Shown: piece after piece, positions 29,390 to 39,561 of the stretch
How positions within the stretch are numbered: position 1 is the stretch's first letter
How the letters are laid out: each line of letters opens with the position of its first letter
Source: a candidate division WOR-3 bacterium
GTDB taxonomy: Bacteria; Hydrothermota; Tepidihabitantia; Tepidihabitantales; Tepidihabitantaceae
Assembly: GCA_965649205.1 (NCBI GenBank)
Contig: CBFGJV010000020.1
Coordinates: forward strand, 1-40,446
Length of the DNA stretch: 40,446 nucleotides
Direction: 5' to 3'
Position numbers and translations under genes: made by a program
The notes under the pieces: model-generated
Database searches by the model: none
The model's input: only the letters and a program-made list of their open reading frames with translations
What the model was told of the DNA's origin: nothing

Positions 29390-30346
29390 ATGAACAGACC
29401 GCCTTCGGGCGAAACCAAACTTATCCAGCTCATCAAACGCACAGTAAAAAGCCGAGGACACTTGCTGGTGGGTATCGGCGACGATGCGTGCGTTCTCCCA
29501 GACGGAACAGTAGTTACCACCGACGCATATGCTGAAGAGGTACATTTCAGCTTTTCCTACATGAATCATACTCAAATAGGAGAACGATGTGCCTGTGCAG
29601 CTCTTTCAGACATTGTGGCCATGGGAGCAGAACCAGAAGTGTTGTTAGTCGCCCTTGCCCTACCCACAACCCCGGATTCTACCAACATCAGGTCCCTCTA
29701 TCAGGGCATTGAACGAATTTGTGCCGAACTGGGCTGCGAAGTTGCAGGTGGCGATATCATCAGATCCCCCGTTCTGACACTTACTCTGACAGCGTTGGGC
29801 AAGACAACTCAACCCTTGCTCCGTTCCTCGGCCCGACCCGGTGACTGGTTGTATGTTACCGGCTATATGGGCAGTGCCGAAGCCGGGAGGCTAGTGCTCA
29901 AAAACAGGCTGCCCAGACTACCTTGCAGAAGGTTGTTGACTCGCCACCTACGCCCCCTGCCCCGGCTGAAAACCATGTTAAAACTCAAGCCTGTAATCCA
30001 CGCTCTCATTGATACCTCTGATGGTATTGCCACTGATGCTTGGCATCTAGCTCAAACTAGCAAGGTAAAAATCGTAATTAGTCCCCGGCTATTCCCTTTG
30101 TTGCCGGAAACAAAGAGCGTCTGCAGGCGACTGGGCATCGACCCTTACCACTTTGCCCTCTGCTCTGGAGAAGATTACGAACTTCTTTTTACCAGCCCAG
30201 CACTGCTTCCCAAAAAAGTTGCTGGCGTAACCGTAACCCGCATAGGCCGGGTCGAGAAAGGAAGCGGACTGTACACAGAAGACAAAGGAAGAACTGAAGC
30301 AGTTGTATTCACCGGCTACGACCATTTAGCCAGCAGTCTCACCTAG
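29390..30346 (+). CDS. thiL: Thiamine-phosphate kinase
   Basis: GIGDDAC, TTD...E.VHF, LSDIVAMGA.P, GGD, IDTSDG, GEDYELLFT, GYDH. Confidence 0.93.
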   Translation: MNRPPSGETKLIQLIKRTVKSRGHLLVGIGDDACVLPDGTVVTTDAYAEEVHFSFSYMNHTQIGERCACAALSDIVAMGAEPEVLLVALALPTTPDSTNIRSLYQGIERICAELGCEVAGGDIIRSPVLTLTLTALGKTTQPLLRSSARPGDWLYVTGYMGSAEAGRLVLKNRLPRLPCRRLLTRHLRPLPRLKTMLKLKPVIHALIDTSDGIATDAWHLAQTSKVKIVISPRLFPLLPETKSVCRRLGIDPYHFALCSGEDYELLFTSPALLPKKVAGVTVTRIGRVEKGSGLYTEDKGRTEAVVFTGYDHLASSLT

Positions 30347-30461
30347 GCCGTTTTTCTGATACATTCGCCCTTTTTGTTGTAATATTGCGACGACGGGGCG
30401 CCGTGCACAACAGAAATGTTTTCATAGAGTTACAAAATCTTGGCTAGACATTCATATTATA

Positions 30462-30489
30462 TTGACACATCAGCCTATCGTGGTATAAC
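30462..30489 (+). promoter_or_regulatory. Putative sigma70 promoter TTGACA-N16-TATAAC with TGn extension for nrdD
   Basis: Hexamer match in an AT-rich intergenic region. Confidence 0.6.
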
Positions 30490-30570
30490 TCCCAGCGTCG
30501 CCATTATGAAGCATCCATCTTGTAGTCTTAAAGCTGAAGGGTACAGAAACCAAACCCAAAGGGGGGAACT

Positions 30571-33048
30571 TTGCTCTACGAAAATGACGACGTAAACAGA
30601 AGGGAAACGCCCGACTCCGAACTCACAGCTGACGACACAAAAAAACATATTCCGCCAGAAGAAACCAGTTCGGAGCCGATTATTAAATTTATCAGAAAAC
30701 GCAATGGTCAGGTTGTTCCTTTCGATGTAAATAAGATAACCTCGGCCATATTCCGGGCTGCTGCTTCTGTAGGTGGTAAGGACCGGGAGCTGGCCGCCCA
30801 GCTCGCCACAGAGGTGGTGAGAAATCTCTACCGGGAGAAGGGAGAACATATCCCCACGGTGGAAGAAGTGCAGGATGCGGTGGAGCGCGTACTGGTGAGT
30901 CGTGGTCACGCCCGCACAGCCAAGGCGTACATCCTGTATCGAGAGAAACGCAATCAGGCCCGCATTAAGAAAATGCTCTCTGCTCAAAAAGAGGCCACAG
31001 ACTTCGCCCTCTTCGTACGGGGCAGCTCTGACAGTATTCACAAATGGGACCGTAGTCGTATCTTTAGAGCCCTGATACGGGAAACCAACCTCGTTCCGGA
31101 AAAAGCGGAGAAGATCGCTGCCGAGGTAGAAGAGGTAATCATTCACTCCGGAGTGAAACACATCACCGCTAACCTCATTCGCGAAGTGGTGAATACCAAG
31201 CTGATTGAACACGGCTATGCAGAACAGCGCAAACGGCATATGCGACTGGGCGTACCTCTTTACGATGTGGAACGTATCTTGTTTTTCAAGAACAAGGAAA
31301 ACGCCAACATACCGCATAACCCGGAAGCCACCAATATGACCTTGGCCGAATGGATAAACAAGCAGTTCGCCCTTTCTGCCGTCTTCGAACCGGATGTGGC
31401 CGACGCCCACACTCGAGGGGATATTCATCTGCATGACTTGGGCTTCATCAATCGTCCGTATTGCTCCGGCCAGTCGCTGGAATACGTAAAGAAATTCGGC
31501 CTGTCCCTGCCCAATGCGCTTTCCATGGCTCGACCTGCTCGTCACCCGGAAACACTCCTGGCTCATATGGTGAAATTCTCTGCTGCACTTCAGGGCCACT
31601 TTGCCGGCGCCATTGGCTGGGATGCCGTCAATCTGTTCATGGCCCCTTATCTCACCGGTATGAGTGACCGTGAACTGCACCAGCTGGCGCAGATGCTGGT
31701 ATTCGAATATTCGCAGCAGAATGTGGCCCGCGGCGGACAGGCAATATTCTCCGACATCAATTTATATTGGGAAGTGCCTCAGCATTTTGAGCAGGTGGAC
31801 GCCATCGGCCCGGGGGGAGAATATACAGGCAAGAAGTACGGCGAATACCTTAAGGAAGCTCAACGTTTTGCCTGGGCCATATTTGACATCTACCGGGATG
31901 GCGACGCCTGCGGGCGACCTTTCTTTTTCCCCAAACCGCTCGTGCATATGACGGAAAGGTTCTACCAGACACCAGGCTGGCAGGATTTTCTCTATCATAT
32001 CTGTGATGTCGCTGCGGAAAAGGGCAACACTTATTTCGTTTTTGACCGCTCTGCCACCAAAATAAGCGAATGCTGTCGGCTCAGTTTCAAACTGAATGCC
32101 CAGGACCTTAAGGATGCCCAAACACCTTGGAAAATGCGTTACTGCGCCCTACAGAATGTAACATTAAACCTGCCTCGACTGGCTTATAGGGCCAATCGCG
32201 ATGACGCTACTCTTCAGGAACTGTTGCGTGAACATATGGAGCTGGTGGCTCGCGCCCATATACAGAAGAAAACCTTCCTGGAAAAACTATTGGCCCTGAA
32301 GGCAGACGGCCCCTTGGCGCTTCTCACTATGGAAAGAGACGGTGAACCCTACCTGCGTATGCACCGTGCCACCTATCTGGTGGGTATTCTCGGCCTGAAC
32401 GAAATGGTGCAGTATCATCTGGGGCGACAGTTGCACGACACCGATGCTGCCTTTCGTTTTGGTCTGAAGGTAATAGCGTTTCTAGCTCAGGAATGTCGGC
32501 GCCTCTCAGAAAAATACAATATGCGTTTCGTTCTGGAGCAAACACCGGCTGAATCCACCGCCTATCGTCTGGCCAAGCTGGACCTGGAGTACTACCACGA
32601 CCATGCCAGTCAGGTAGTCAAAGGGAATATCGACGACGGCTCCACCTACTACACCAACTCCACATACATAAACGTGGGAGAACCAATAGACCCCATCGAG
32701 CGTGTATATCGGGAAGGAAAGTTTCACGATATGATTGAAGCGGGTGCGCTCACCCACGTGTGGCTCGCCGACTCCAGGCCTCCAAAGGAATCTGTGGCCA
32801 ACTTTGTGATGAAAACCTACGAAAAAACTCGCAACGCCCAGATAGCCTTTTCGCCGGAATTCACGACCTGCGCCAACTGCCGACAGACTTTCCGCGGGCT
32901 GCACGAAGTCTGTCCCCACTGCGGCAGAACTGATGTGGACTTCATTACCCGGGTGACCGGCTACTTCTCCCGTGTTTCCGGCTGGAACGCCGGAAAAAGA
33001 GCCGAGCTTATAGACCGTTACAAACCCGGTCTAGGTAATATAGATTAA
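30571..33048 (+). CDS. nrdD: Anaerobic (class III) ribonucleoside-triphosphate reductase with two ATP cones
   Basis: IRKRNG.VVPFD.NKI cone and a second cone (VRGSSD...WDRSRI); H.RGDIHLHDL, ECCRL, EQTPAEST, YYTNST, CxxC..CxxC, RVTGY glycyl-radical motif. Confidence 0.95.
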   Translation: MLYENDDVNRRETPDSELTADDTKKHIPPEETSSEPIIKFIRKRNGQVVPFDVNKITSAIFRAAASVGGKDRELAAQLATEVVRNLYREKGEHIPTVEEVQDAVERVLVSRGHARTAKAYILYREKRNQARIKKMLSAQKEATDFALFVRGSSDSIHKWDRSRIFRALIRETNLVPEKAEKIAAEVEEVIIHSGVKHITANLIREVVNTKLIEHGYAEQRKRHMRLGVPLYDVERILFFKNKENANIPHNPEATNMTLAEWINKQFALSAVFEPDVADAHTRGDIHLHDLGFINRPYCSGQSLEYVKKFGLSLPNALSMARPARHPETLLAHMVKFSAALQGHFAGAIGWDAVNLFMAPYLTGMSDRELHQLAQMLVFEYSQQNVARGGQAIFSDINLYWEVPQHFEQVDAIGPGGEYTGKKYGEYLKEAQRFAWAIFDIYRDGDACGRPFFFPKPLVHMTERFYQTPGWQDFLYHICDVAAEKGNTYFVFDRSATKISECCRLSFKLNAQDLKDAQTPWKMRYCALQNVTLNLPRLAYRANRDDATLQELLREHMELVARAHIQKKTFLEKLLALKADGPLALLTMERDGEPYLRMHRATYLVGILGLNEMVQYHLGRQLHDTDAAFRFGLKVIAFLAQECRRLSEKYNMRFVLEQTPAESTAYRLAKLDLEYYHDHASQVVKGNIDDGSTYYTNSTYINVGEPIDPIERVYREGKFHDMIEAGALTHVWLADSRPPKESVANFVMKTYEKTRNAQIAFSPEFTTCANCRQTFRGLHEVCPHCGRTDVDFITRVTGYFSRVSGWNAGKRAELIDRYKPGLGNID

Positions 33049-33091
33049 GGAACCCACCGTCCGTCGCCGTGAAGCAGCCAAGCATCAGCCC

Positions 33092-33319
33092 TTGCGCGTA
33101 AGAGTAGTTGTCAAGCCCGGCAGCCATACCGAAGAAGTAAAGCAACAGGACGATGGCTCTCTTTTGGTCCGCGTACGCGAACCAGCCCAGAACGGCAGAG
33201 CTAACCTGGCCATGCTTGCCGCGGTGGCTCGCTTCTATGGTGTACCGAAAAGCTCTGTTGTCATCCGGACCGGTGCCTCTAGCCGTCGTAAAATTCTGGA
33301 AATTTTCCCGCCCTGCTAA
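33092..33319 (+). CDS. DUF167/YggU family protein
   Basis: V.VKPGS, L.VRV.EP...GRAN, V.I..G.SSR.K. Confidence 0.88.
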   Translation: MRVRVVVKPGSHTEEVKQQDDGSLLVRVREPAQNGRANLAMLAAVARFYGVPKSSVVIRTGASSRRKILEIFPPC

Positions 33320-33333
33320 CCAAGGGCAGCTTT

Positions 33334-34821
33334 TTACTCGTACTCGGTCAGCAGCTTAAAATCAGTAGGCTGCAACTGGTAGTCTGTCTTTACATCTATG
33401 GCCAGTTCGTAGCGCCGGGCAAATTCGCTCAGACGTTCGTACCAATCCGTAGTAAGAAAGTCCGTCATCCAGGGTGCGGCGAGGATACGCAGTCTCTTCC
33501 CTCGGATTTTGGACAGGCGGGCGATGATGGCCCGTTCTATCTTCATGGCTATTTCCGATCGGGAACGCACCCGGCCGGAACCTTTGCAGGTCGGACAAGT
33601 CTCTTGCATTGCATACATCATACCAGGTCTGGTACGCTCCCGAGTCATCTCTAGCAGACCAAATCTGCTCATTTTAGAGAAGTCTGACTTGGCACGGTCG
33701 TTAGCCAGTTGATTCTTCAACTCAGCGATTACCCGCTCAGTATTCTTCGGGTCCTCCATGTCAATGAAGTCTATAATCAACAACCCGGCCAAATCCCGCA
33801 GTCGTATCTGCCGCGCTATCTCTGCTGCTGCCTCCAGATTAGTGGAAAGAATCAGCTTCTCCGGGTCCTCCTCCCGGGCTGAACGCCCCGTATTCACATC
33901 AATCGCCACCATGGCTTCCGTCTGATCTATGGTGATGAATCCTCCCGAAGGCAACCACAACCGTTTCTGGAATACCCGCTCCAGCTCCTGTTCTATGCCT
34001 GTATGCTCCAAAAGCGGAACCTCGCCTTGATATCTTTCCACTCTCCGTTTGAGCTTGGGTGCAATCTTGCTTAAGTACTCGGTAATCTCTCGGTAACGCT
34101 TTTCGTCATCCACCAGCACCTTCTCCACATCAGCCGTGAAAAGGTCCCGTACCAGCTTCACGCCGATGGATGGCTCTTCATACAGCAGAGCAGGCGGTTT
34201 TACCTGCTCTGCCCGCTTTCTCAATTCTTCCCAAGTTTTCTCCAGTTCCCGGTACTCGAACTCCAGTTCTTCTGGCTTGGCATCCTGGGCCACGGTTCTG
34301 ATGATAAGACCGGCATGCGGGCTTTTGAACTTCTTCACTATCGCCCGCAACCGACTCCGTTCCTTTCTGTCCCAGATTCTTCGTGATACGCCAACCTTCT
34401 CCGCGTTAGGAAAATACACTAGATACCGGCCTGGTATGGAGATGTAGGAACTGAGCCTGGCTCCTTTCTCTGCAAAAGGGTCCTTCACTACCTGTACCAG
34501 TACTTCATCTCCTTCATTCAGACTTATGGTGCGGGGCTGTGGCGTCTCAGCCCGTTCTGGCTCTGCTTCGTCCGTCTCCAAAGAATCAAACTCGGTTATT
34601 TCTGTCAGAGGCAGAAAGCCGTTCTTGCGCAGTCCTATATTCACAAATGCTCCGCGCAAACCTCTTACCACATTCTCCACCCGCCCCTTGTATATTCTTC
34701 CCACCAGATTCTTGCTTTCCTCTCGTTCCACATAGAACTCAACTAGCCGGTCATTTTCCAGAATACCAACCCTGGTTTCCCACTCATTAGCACTTACTAC
34801 AATCTTAGTTTTCACCTTCAC
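33334..34821 (-). CDS. rng: Rne/Rng family ribonuclease (RNase G-like)
   Basis: GRIYKGRV.NV..G..AFVNIG, QV.KDP...KGARL, L.SGG.I.IDQTEA..AIDVNTG, RLRDL.G.IIIDFIDM; GTG start after GGAGG overlaps the upstream stop. Confidence 0.92.
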   Translation of the reverse strand: MKVKTKIVVSANEWETRVGILENDRLVEFYVEREESKNLVGRIYKGRVENVVRGLRGAFVNIGLRKNGFLPLTEITEFDSLETDEAEPERAETPQPRTISLNEGDEVLVQVVKDPFAEKGARLSSYISIPGRYLVYFPNAEKVGVSRRIWDRKERSRLRAIVKKFKSPHAGLIIRTVAQDAKPEELEFEYRELEKTWEELRKRAEQVKPPALLYEEPSIGVKLVRDLFTADVEKVLVDDEKRYREITEYLSKIAPKLKRRVERYQGEVPLLEHTGIEQELERVFQKRLWLPSGGFITIDQTEAMVAIDVNTGRSAREEDPEKLILSTNLEAAAEIARQIRLRDLAGLLIIDFIDMEDPKNTERVIAELKNQLANDRAKSDFSKMSRFGLLEMTRERTRPGMMYAMQETCPTCKGSGRVRSRSEIAMKIERAIIARLSKIRGKRLRILAAPWMTDFLTTDWYERLSEFARRYELAIDVKTDYQLQPTDFKLLTEYE

Positions 34822-37259
34822 ATATCCTCCAGAGGTGTAACAATTCCTTTTGTCGTCTCTACCAGACAATCCATTCGTATCACATCCAGAGTACGTACCT
34901 CTGTTGCGGTCAGTCCCAATGTGCGCTCCAGAATTTCAAAGAGGCGCACACCCGCACCAACCGCCAAATCCAGTTCCAAACTGTTGTCGGACCTGACTAC
35001 AGCCTCACGCACACCGCCGACAGTCCGGGCTTGCTCCGTCAACATCTTCACCTGCGACCGCAGCCTTTCCGGTATGAGCACCCGGTACCGGGCCCGATTG
35101 ATAATCCGTCCCAGTGCGGGCCAATGCTGTGGAATAGCACGGCCAGAAATCAAGCGCAGTCCACGAGGCATGAACGGAGACAGCTCCCTTACCGGGTCTT
35201 GGGAATACTCCAGACTGGTAAACAGATCAAAATATTCGCCCTCTGACAGAACGCCCACTGGCAGTGGCGGTCCCAGAGAGAGCATCGGTTTAGGTGCAAA
35301 ACCTTTTGTATAAATTATGGGCAGCTCACTCCGCCGCAATGCCCGATACAAAGCCCGCACTCTGTCCAAATGCGCCGCATAGCGATAAGGTTCTTCCACT
35401 GCGTACTTGAGCCGGAACCTTATCTTCAGCTCGGCCAGACGTCCCGGCCATGACCGACGCGACAGACTCGCGGTCAACTGAGTCTTCTCCGGTTTAGACG
35501 GTGGTTTACCATCTACGCAGGCACCGCAACCGCTGCAACCCGCTCTACCGCAGTCCGGAGTCGCTTCCCCTTGCATGGCCCGATTGTACTCTGCCACCAG
35601 AAACTGGCGACTAACCCCCACGTCCACAAAATCCCAGCTCAGCGGTTCCTGTATATCCTTTGCTTTGGTGAAACTTTCCGGGTTAACCCCCGCTTCCTGA
35701 CACGCCTGAATCCAAGTCTCATAGCGGAAATACTCCGACCACTCCTGAAAGACACCGCCCTGCCGGTAAACTCGCTCTATCACCCCAGCCAGTGTTTCGT
35801 CGCCCCGTGCCAGCAAAGCCTGCACAAAGGAACTCTCCGGGTTTTCCCACTTCACCTTGATGTTACGCCTCACCAAAGTCGCCTTAAGCCTTTCCATCTT
35901 GGCCCGCAAACTCTCCACGCCCGCGAAACCCGCCCACTGCAGCGGCGTATGAGGTTTGGGCACAAACGGACTTAAACTGCACCGCACCGCCCGGTTCCGG
36001 CAGAGTCGGGCTATCTCATTCACGAACCGGCCTATTTCATCCAAATCTGCATCTGTCTCCTGCGGCAGCCCTATCATGAAATAAAGCTTCACCCCGTTCC
36101 AGCCTGCATCCAGCGCCGTCCTCACTGACTCCAAAATGGTAGCTTCGGAGATATTCTTGTTCACCAGCGCTTTCAGCCGACCGGAAGCGGTCTCGGGAGC
36201 AAAGGTAAGTCCTGCCTTTTTCACCTCCTGCAGATCAAAAGCAAGCTCGGGAGAAAACTCTTCTCCACGGGTAGAAGGCAGAGAAAGAGAAACTCGCCGG
36301 CCACGCAGAGTAAGATTCAACTGCCGCACCAGATACAAAATATCCGGATAGTCCAGAGCCGATAACGAAAGCAGGGATACTTCTTCCCAGCCGCTTGCCC
36401 TTATGCCCCGCTCGGCCAGTCGCACTATCTGCTCCACCGGCCGAAACCGCACTGGTCGGTTGATGATACCGGCCTGACAGAATCGACACCCCCGGGTACA
36501 TCCCCGCGAAATCTCCACTGTCAACCGATCATGCGTAATCTCGCAGATAGGCACAAGCGGAGGTAAAGGAAAATCTTCTTCGCGCAGCTCTGCTACCACC
36601 CTTCTGCGGACCACCGATTTCGCCTGCAAACTGCTGCTTCTTGTCCCCTGTCTGCCTGGTACGAACACCCCCTCAATCTTGGCCAACTCATCCAGCAGGA
36701 CATCCCTGCTTCTACCCTTTTCCCCTTTTACCACTTCGCTGATTTCCTTCACTACTTCCTCGCCGTCGCCCACAACAAAAGCATCCACAAACTCAACCAC
36801 AGGTAGGGGATTGACCGTGCAGGGCCCACCAGCGACAACCAACGGGTCACGGTTGGAACGTTCAGAACTGCGCAGAGGAATCTGGCTCAGCTCCAACAAA
36901 TAGAGCAGATTTGTATAGCAAAGCTCGCTTTGCAAAGATACGCCCAGTATATCGAAGTCTCTAATCGGCCGCCGCGACTCCAGGCCGAACAACGGCATAC
37001 CGCGGCTGACAAGCTCTTTGCCGAAATCTGGCCACGGACAATAACATCTGTCACATGACACGTCCTTCTGCCGATTGAGAATGGAATAGAGTACCCGCAG
37101 ACCATAGTTGGACATCCCTAGCTCGTACACATCAGGCATGGCCAACACCCAGCTCACTGCCGACTTCCCTGCGCTCTTATACAGGGCGTTGTACTCGCTG
37201 TTCGTGTAGCGTACAGGTTTGGTAACGAGGGGTAGAACCTCGCCTAGACGGTCAAACAT
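34818..37259 (-). CDS. TIGR03960-type B12-binding-like radical SAM protein fused to DUF2344 (TIGR03936) domain
   Basis: V.KP.RY, PDVYELGMSN.G, EISRGCTRGCRFCQAG, TFAPE, KLYFMIGLP, FVPKPHTP.QW; C-terminal HLD...RA.RR..LP..Y.KGF.PKP; typical position upstream of rng. Confidence 0.9.
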   Translation of the reverse strand: MFDRLGEVLPLVTKPVRYTNSEYNALYKSAGKSAVSWVLAMPDVYELGMSNYGLRVLYSILNRQKDVSCDRCYCPWPDFGKELVSRGMPLFGLESRRPIRDFDILGVSLQSELCYTNLLYLLELSQIPLRSSERSNRDPLVVAGGPCTVNPLPVVEFVDAFVVGDGEEVVKEISEVVKGEKGRSRDVLLDELAKIEGVFVPGRQGTRSSSLQAKSVVRRRVVAELREEDFPLPPLVPICEITHDRLTVEISRGCTRGCRFCQAGIINRPVRFRPVEQIVRLAERGIRASGWEEVSLLSLSALDYPDILYLVRQLNLTLRGRRVSLSLPSTRGEEFSPELAFDLQEVKKAGLTFAPETASGRLKALVNKNISEATILESVRTALDAGWNGVKLYFMIGLPQETDADLDEIGRFVNEIARLCRNRAVRCSLSPFVPKPHTPLQWAGFAGVESLRAKMERLKATLVRRNIKVKWENPESSFVQALLARGDETLAGVIERVYRQGGVFQEWSEYFRYETWIQACQEAGVNPESFTKAKDIQEPLSWDFVDVGVSRQFLVAEYNRAMQGEATPDCGRAGCSGCGACVDGKPPSKPEKTQLTASLSRRSWPGRLAELKIRFRLKYAVEEPYRYAAHLDRVRALYRALRRSELPIIYTKGFAPKPMLSLGPPLPVGVLSEGEYFDLFTSLEYSQDPVRELSPFMPRGLRLISGRAIPQHWPALGRIINRARYRVLIPERLRSQVKMLTEQARTVGGVREAVVRSDNSLELDLAVGAGVRLFEILERTLGLTATEVRTLDVIRMDCLVETTKGIVTPLEDM

Positions 37260-37576
37260 CAGTTTGGATTGGGGAATGTTATACTTTCCTCTGCCCAAGT
37301 CAACCAGTGCACCATGGTCACAGACTCTCTCGAATCTGCTCCTGACTGCCTCCCCAGTTCCAGATAGAGAACAAAACTTACGCTCTGACTTGTTTTCAGC
37401 ATGTCGAATTACAAGCCGTTGCAGGTGTAAAGGATATCTGCACTACAGCACAGTGAAGAAGTTTCCTCGTATCAAAGTTTCTTAGTGAACATGGACAGCT
37501 CCGCTCCCGCCGCCCTGCTCAGGACAGCTTCCTCTAGCCGTCAAACTCTGACCGCTGCCGATTCAGCCCGGCTATC

Positions 37577-38143
37577 TCAATGTCCAGATACGCCAGCGTC
37601 CGGGAAGTGTTTGTCCAGGATGTCCGGCAAAGGCACCACTATCTTCTCTTGAATCACCTTATCCATAGCTGCCTCGTCCGGGCAGTTTCTGTCGCTGAAG
37701 GCATCAAGCGGGACGAAAAAGCCGCGGAAACTCTCCTGCTTCTTTTCGCTATCGGTGCCGGAGAAGGACATACCATCGTCACTTGGTTTGTACTCGCAGT
37801 TCCCATCGAGAATCACGCTGGTGATGCGCCACCGTTCTTCACCATTGTAAGCCATCACCATCAACAAGGGTTCCTTCTGGGGAATCTCTTCATTGTCCCA
37901 CTGACGCCCCAAGAGAGCGATCGCATGAATACTGGATAGTTCTTGGTTCTCTCGGTAGAAGTAGACACCGGAATAACGAGTCATCACCGGTCGGGCCTTC
38001 TTCGACTCGAAGGTCTGCCACACCTTGTACTCTTTTGGCAGAGCGGCTTTCACCCTGTCAGCTAACAGGTACTCAAGGTCTTTGAAAAAGCGCAGGAACC
38101 ACTCGTGATTCTCGTAGAAGTTCTCTGCCATCTCGGCGTCCAT
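37577..38143 (-). CDS. Hypothetical protein
   Basis: Strong SD (GAAAGGAG) before ATG 38143; globular-looking 188-aa product; no family recognised. Confidence 0.7.
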   Translation of the reverse strand: MDAEMAENFYENHEWFLRFFKDLEYLLADRVKAALPKEYKVWQTFESKKARPVMTRYSGVYFYRENQELSSIHAIALLGRQWDNEEIPQKEPLLMVMAYNGEERWRITSVILDGNCEYKPSDDGMSFSGTDSEKKQESFRGFFVPLDAFSDRNCPDEAAMDKVIQEKIVVPLPDILDKHFPDAGVSGH

Positions 38144-38997
38144 GGTTGTCTCCTTTCCTTGTACACAGTCTGAATCTCGGCGCGGTGCCGAGTTCCCCAA
38201 AGCGGGATAGTCGATTATTTGCTGTTGGTGAACCTGCTGCGGCTGTCCGCAGTCTGAAGTCGGGAAGCGGCTCAAGACTGGCGAAGTGAAACAGCCCGCC
38301 GCGCTCAGACTTAGTTCTTATGTTCGCCAGCCTGAAGCCCGGCACGCCCCTCAGGTCTCCGAAGTGGAAGCCTTTGAACAGCCGGTAACCAAATTCTGCA
38401 AGGAACCCGATGAAACAGGACAGGGATGTACTTGCGCTCGTGGTGGTTTTCTTTCTGCGCGAACTGCAATTCCTGTTCCACCACTTTGAGCACGTCCTGC
38501 CAGGTCAAGTCAACCCTGTGCACATCTGCGGCGTCCATACCAAACCACCGTCTTGCGTGACGCTGTAGCTGTTCTGGGACGATCTCATTGCCGCCACGCT
38601 TGCACTCAATCAGCAGGCAATACTCGCATCTTTCCTTGTCGACTATCCAAGCATCAGGGATTGAATCGCCATCATTGTCTAATTCCGCCGCACCACTGTC
38701 CATCTCCTCTTCCGGTTCGTGAGTGGCGATTGTGATGATGTGCTTGCCGGCGCACTTCTTGCTGACGGCATCGTCCATATCATCCTGAAGAGCAGTCTCG
38801 GCTCGTTCGTAGTCGTAGGAAGTCAGCGTAGCCGACTCCGGACGGCTGCTGAAAAGCGAGCGAAGCAGGCAGTTCCGAACCGGACCTGACAATGCCCGCA
38901 AGACCTGGATGAAGGCTCGGGTGAGGTTGTTCTCGATGAACTCAGCTTCCCTGCTCTAGTTGTATGAGTAGAAGAGGTTCAGATGCCTGTCTGCCAT
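38073..38997 (-). pseudogene. PD-(D/E)XK nuclease-family gene disrupted by a nonsense codon and a frameshift
   Basis: MADRHLNLFYSYN*(TAG 38956-38958)SREAEFIENNLTRAF...PDAWI...LLIECK; frameshift near 38423-38425 continues as LSCFIGFLAEFGY... Confidence 0.7.
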
Positions 38998-39279
38998 TTG
39001 TGGAAACATATGTGTCCGGGGAGTGGGGTCAAGCAGAATAGATACGTCCGGAACAGCCATTAGAAAGGTGAATCGCCCGCCGTGGAGGTCATTACACTGG
39101 CAGCGAATAGTGGTTGGCGGAATAGCGTGTCAGAGGTAACTAGCGGCAGACGTTCGAATAGAGCTTACGCCGCAATCAGGCGGTCAGCGTCTTTTTCTCC
39201 CTTCGTTCAGTACTCAGAACTCATCGCTCAGCGTTTCCGTGAAGAGCGCAGCACCTGACCCCGTAGGCCTAGTGAAGTG

Positions 39280-39561
39280 CTATCCCGACAACTCCCAGAT
39301 GAACTTTCCTGTCTTGTCAATGTAGACCCACTTGCCACCGATCTCGACAACTGCCAGCTCCTCGGAGAAACTCCCTGCTTTGTCAAACTGCGGGTTGATG
39401 ACATACTTACCAGTCTTGTCGATGTATCCATACTTTCCGTTGACATTGACACACAACAAGCCGGTGTGCCCTTTCTTAGGTTGCCCGGTCGGCGACTTCG
39501 GGTCTTGACCGTACGACAACAGTGCCAACAGCGCAAGCATGGTGACGTATATCCGTTTCAT
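39280..39561 (-). CDS. Short secreted WG-repeat (KWG-type) protein, possibly truncated
   Basis: AAGGAGG SD; signal peptide; GKYGYIDKTGKYVINPQFD.AGSFSE.LA.V..GGKW.YIDKTGK. Confidence 0.8.
   Translation of the reverse strand: MKRIYVTMLALLALLSYGQDPKSPTGQPKKGHTGLLCVNVNGKYGYIDKTGKYVINPQFDKAGSFSEELAVVEIGGKWVYIDKTGKFIWELSG

Noticed and set aside
30430..30530. NrdR boxes upstream of nrdD (ACAAAATCTTGG; GCATCCATCTTGTAGT)
   Set aside because: Only partial resemblance to the acaCwAtATaTwGtgt consensus; cannot be supported without a PWM scan.
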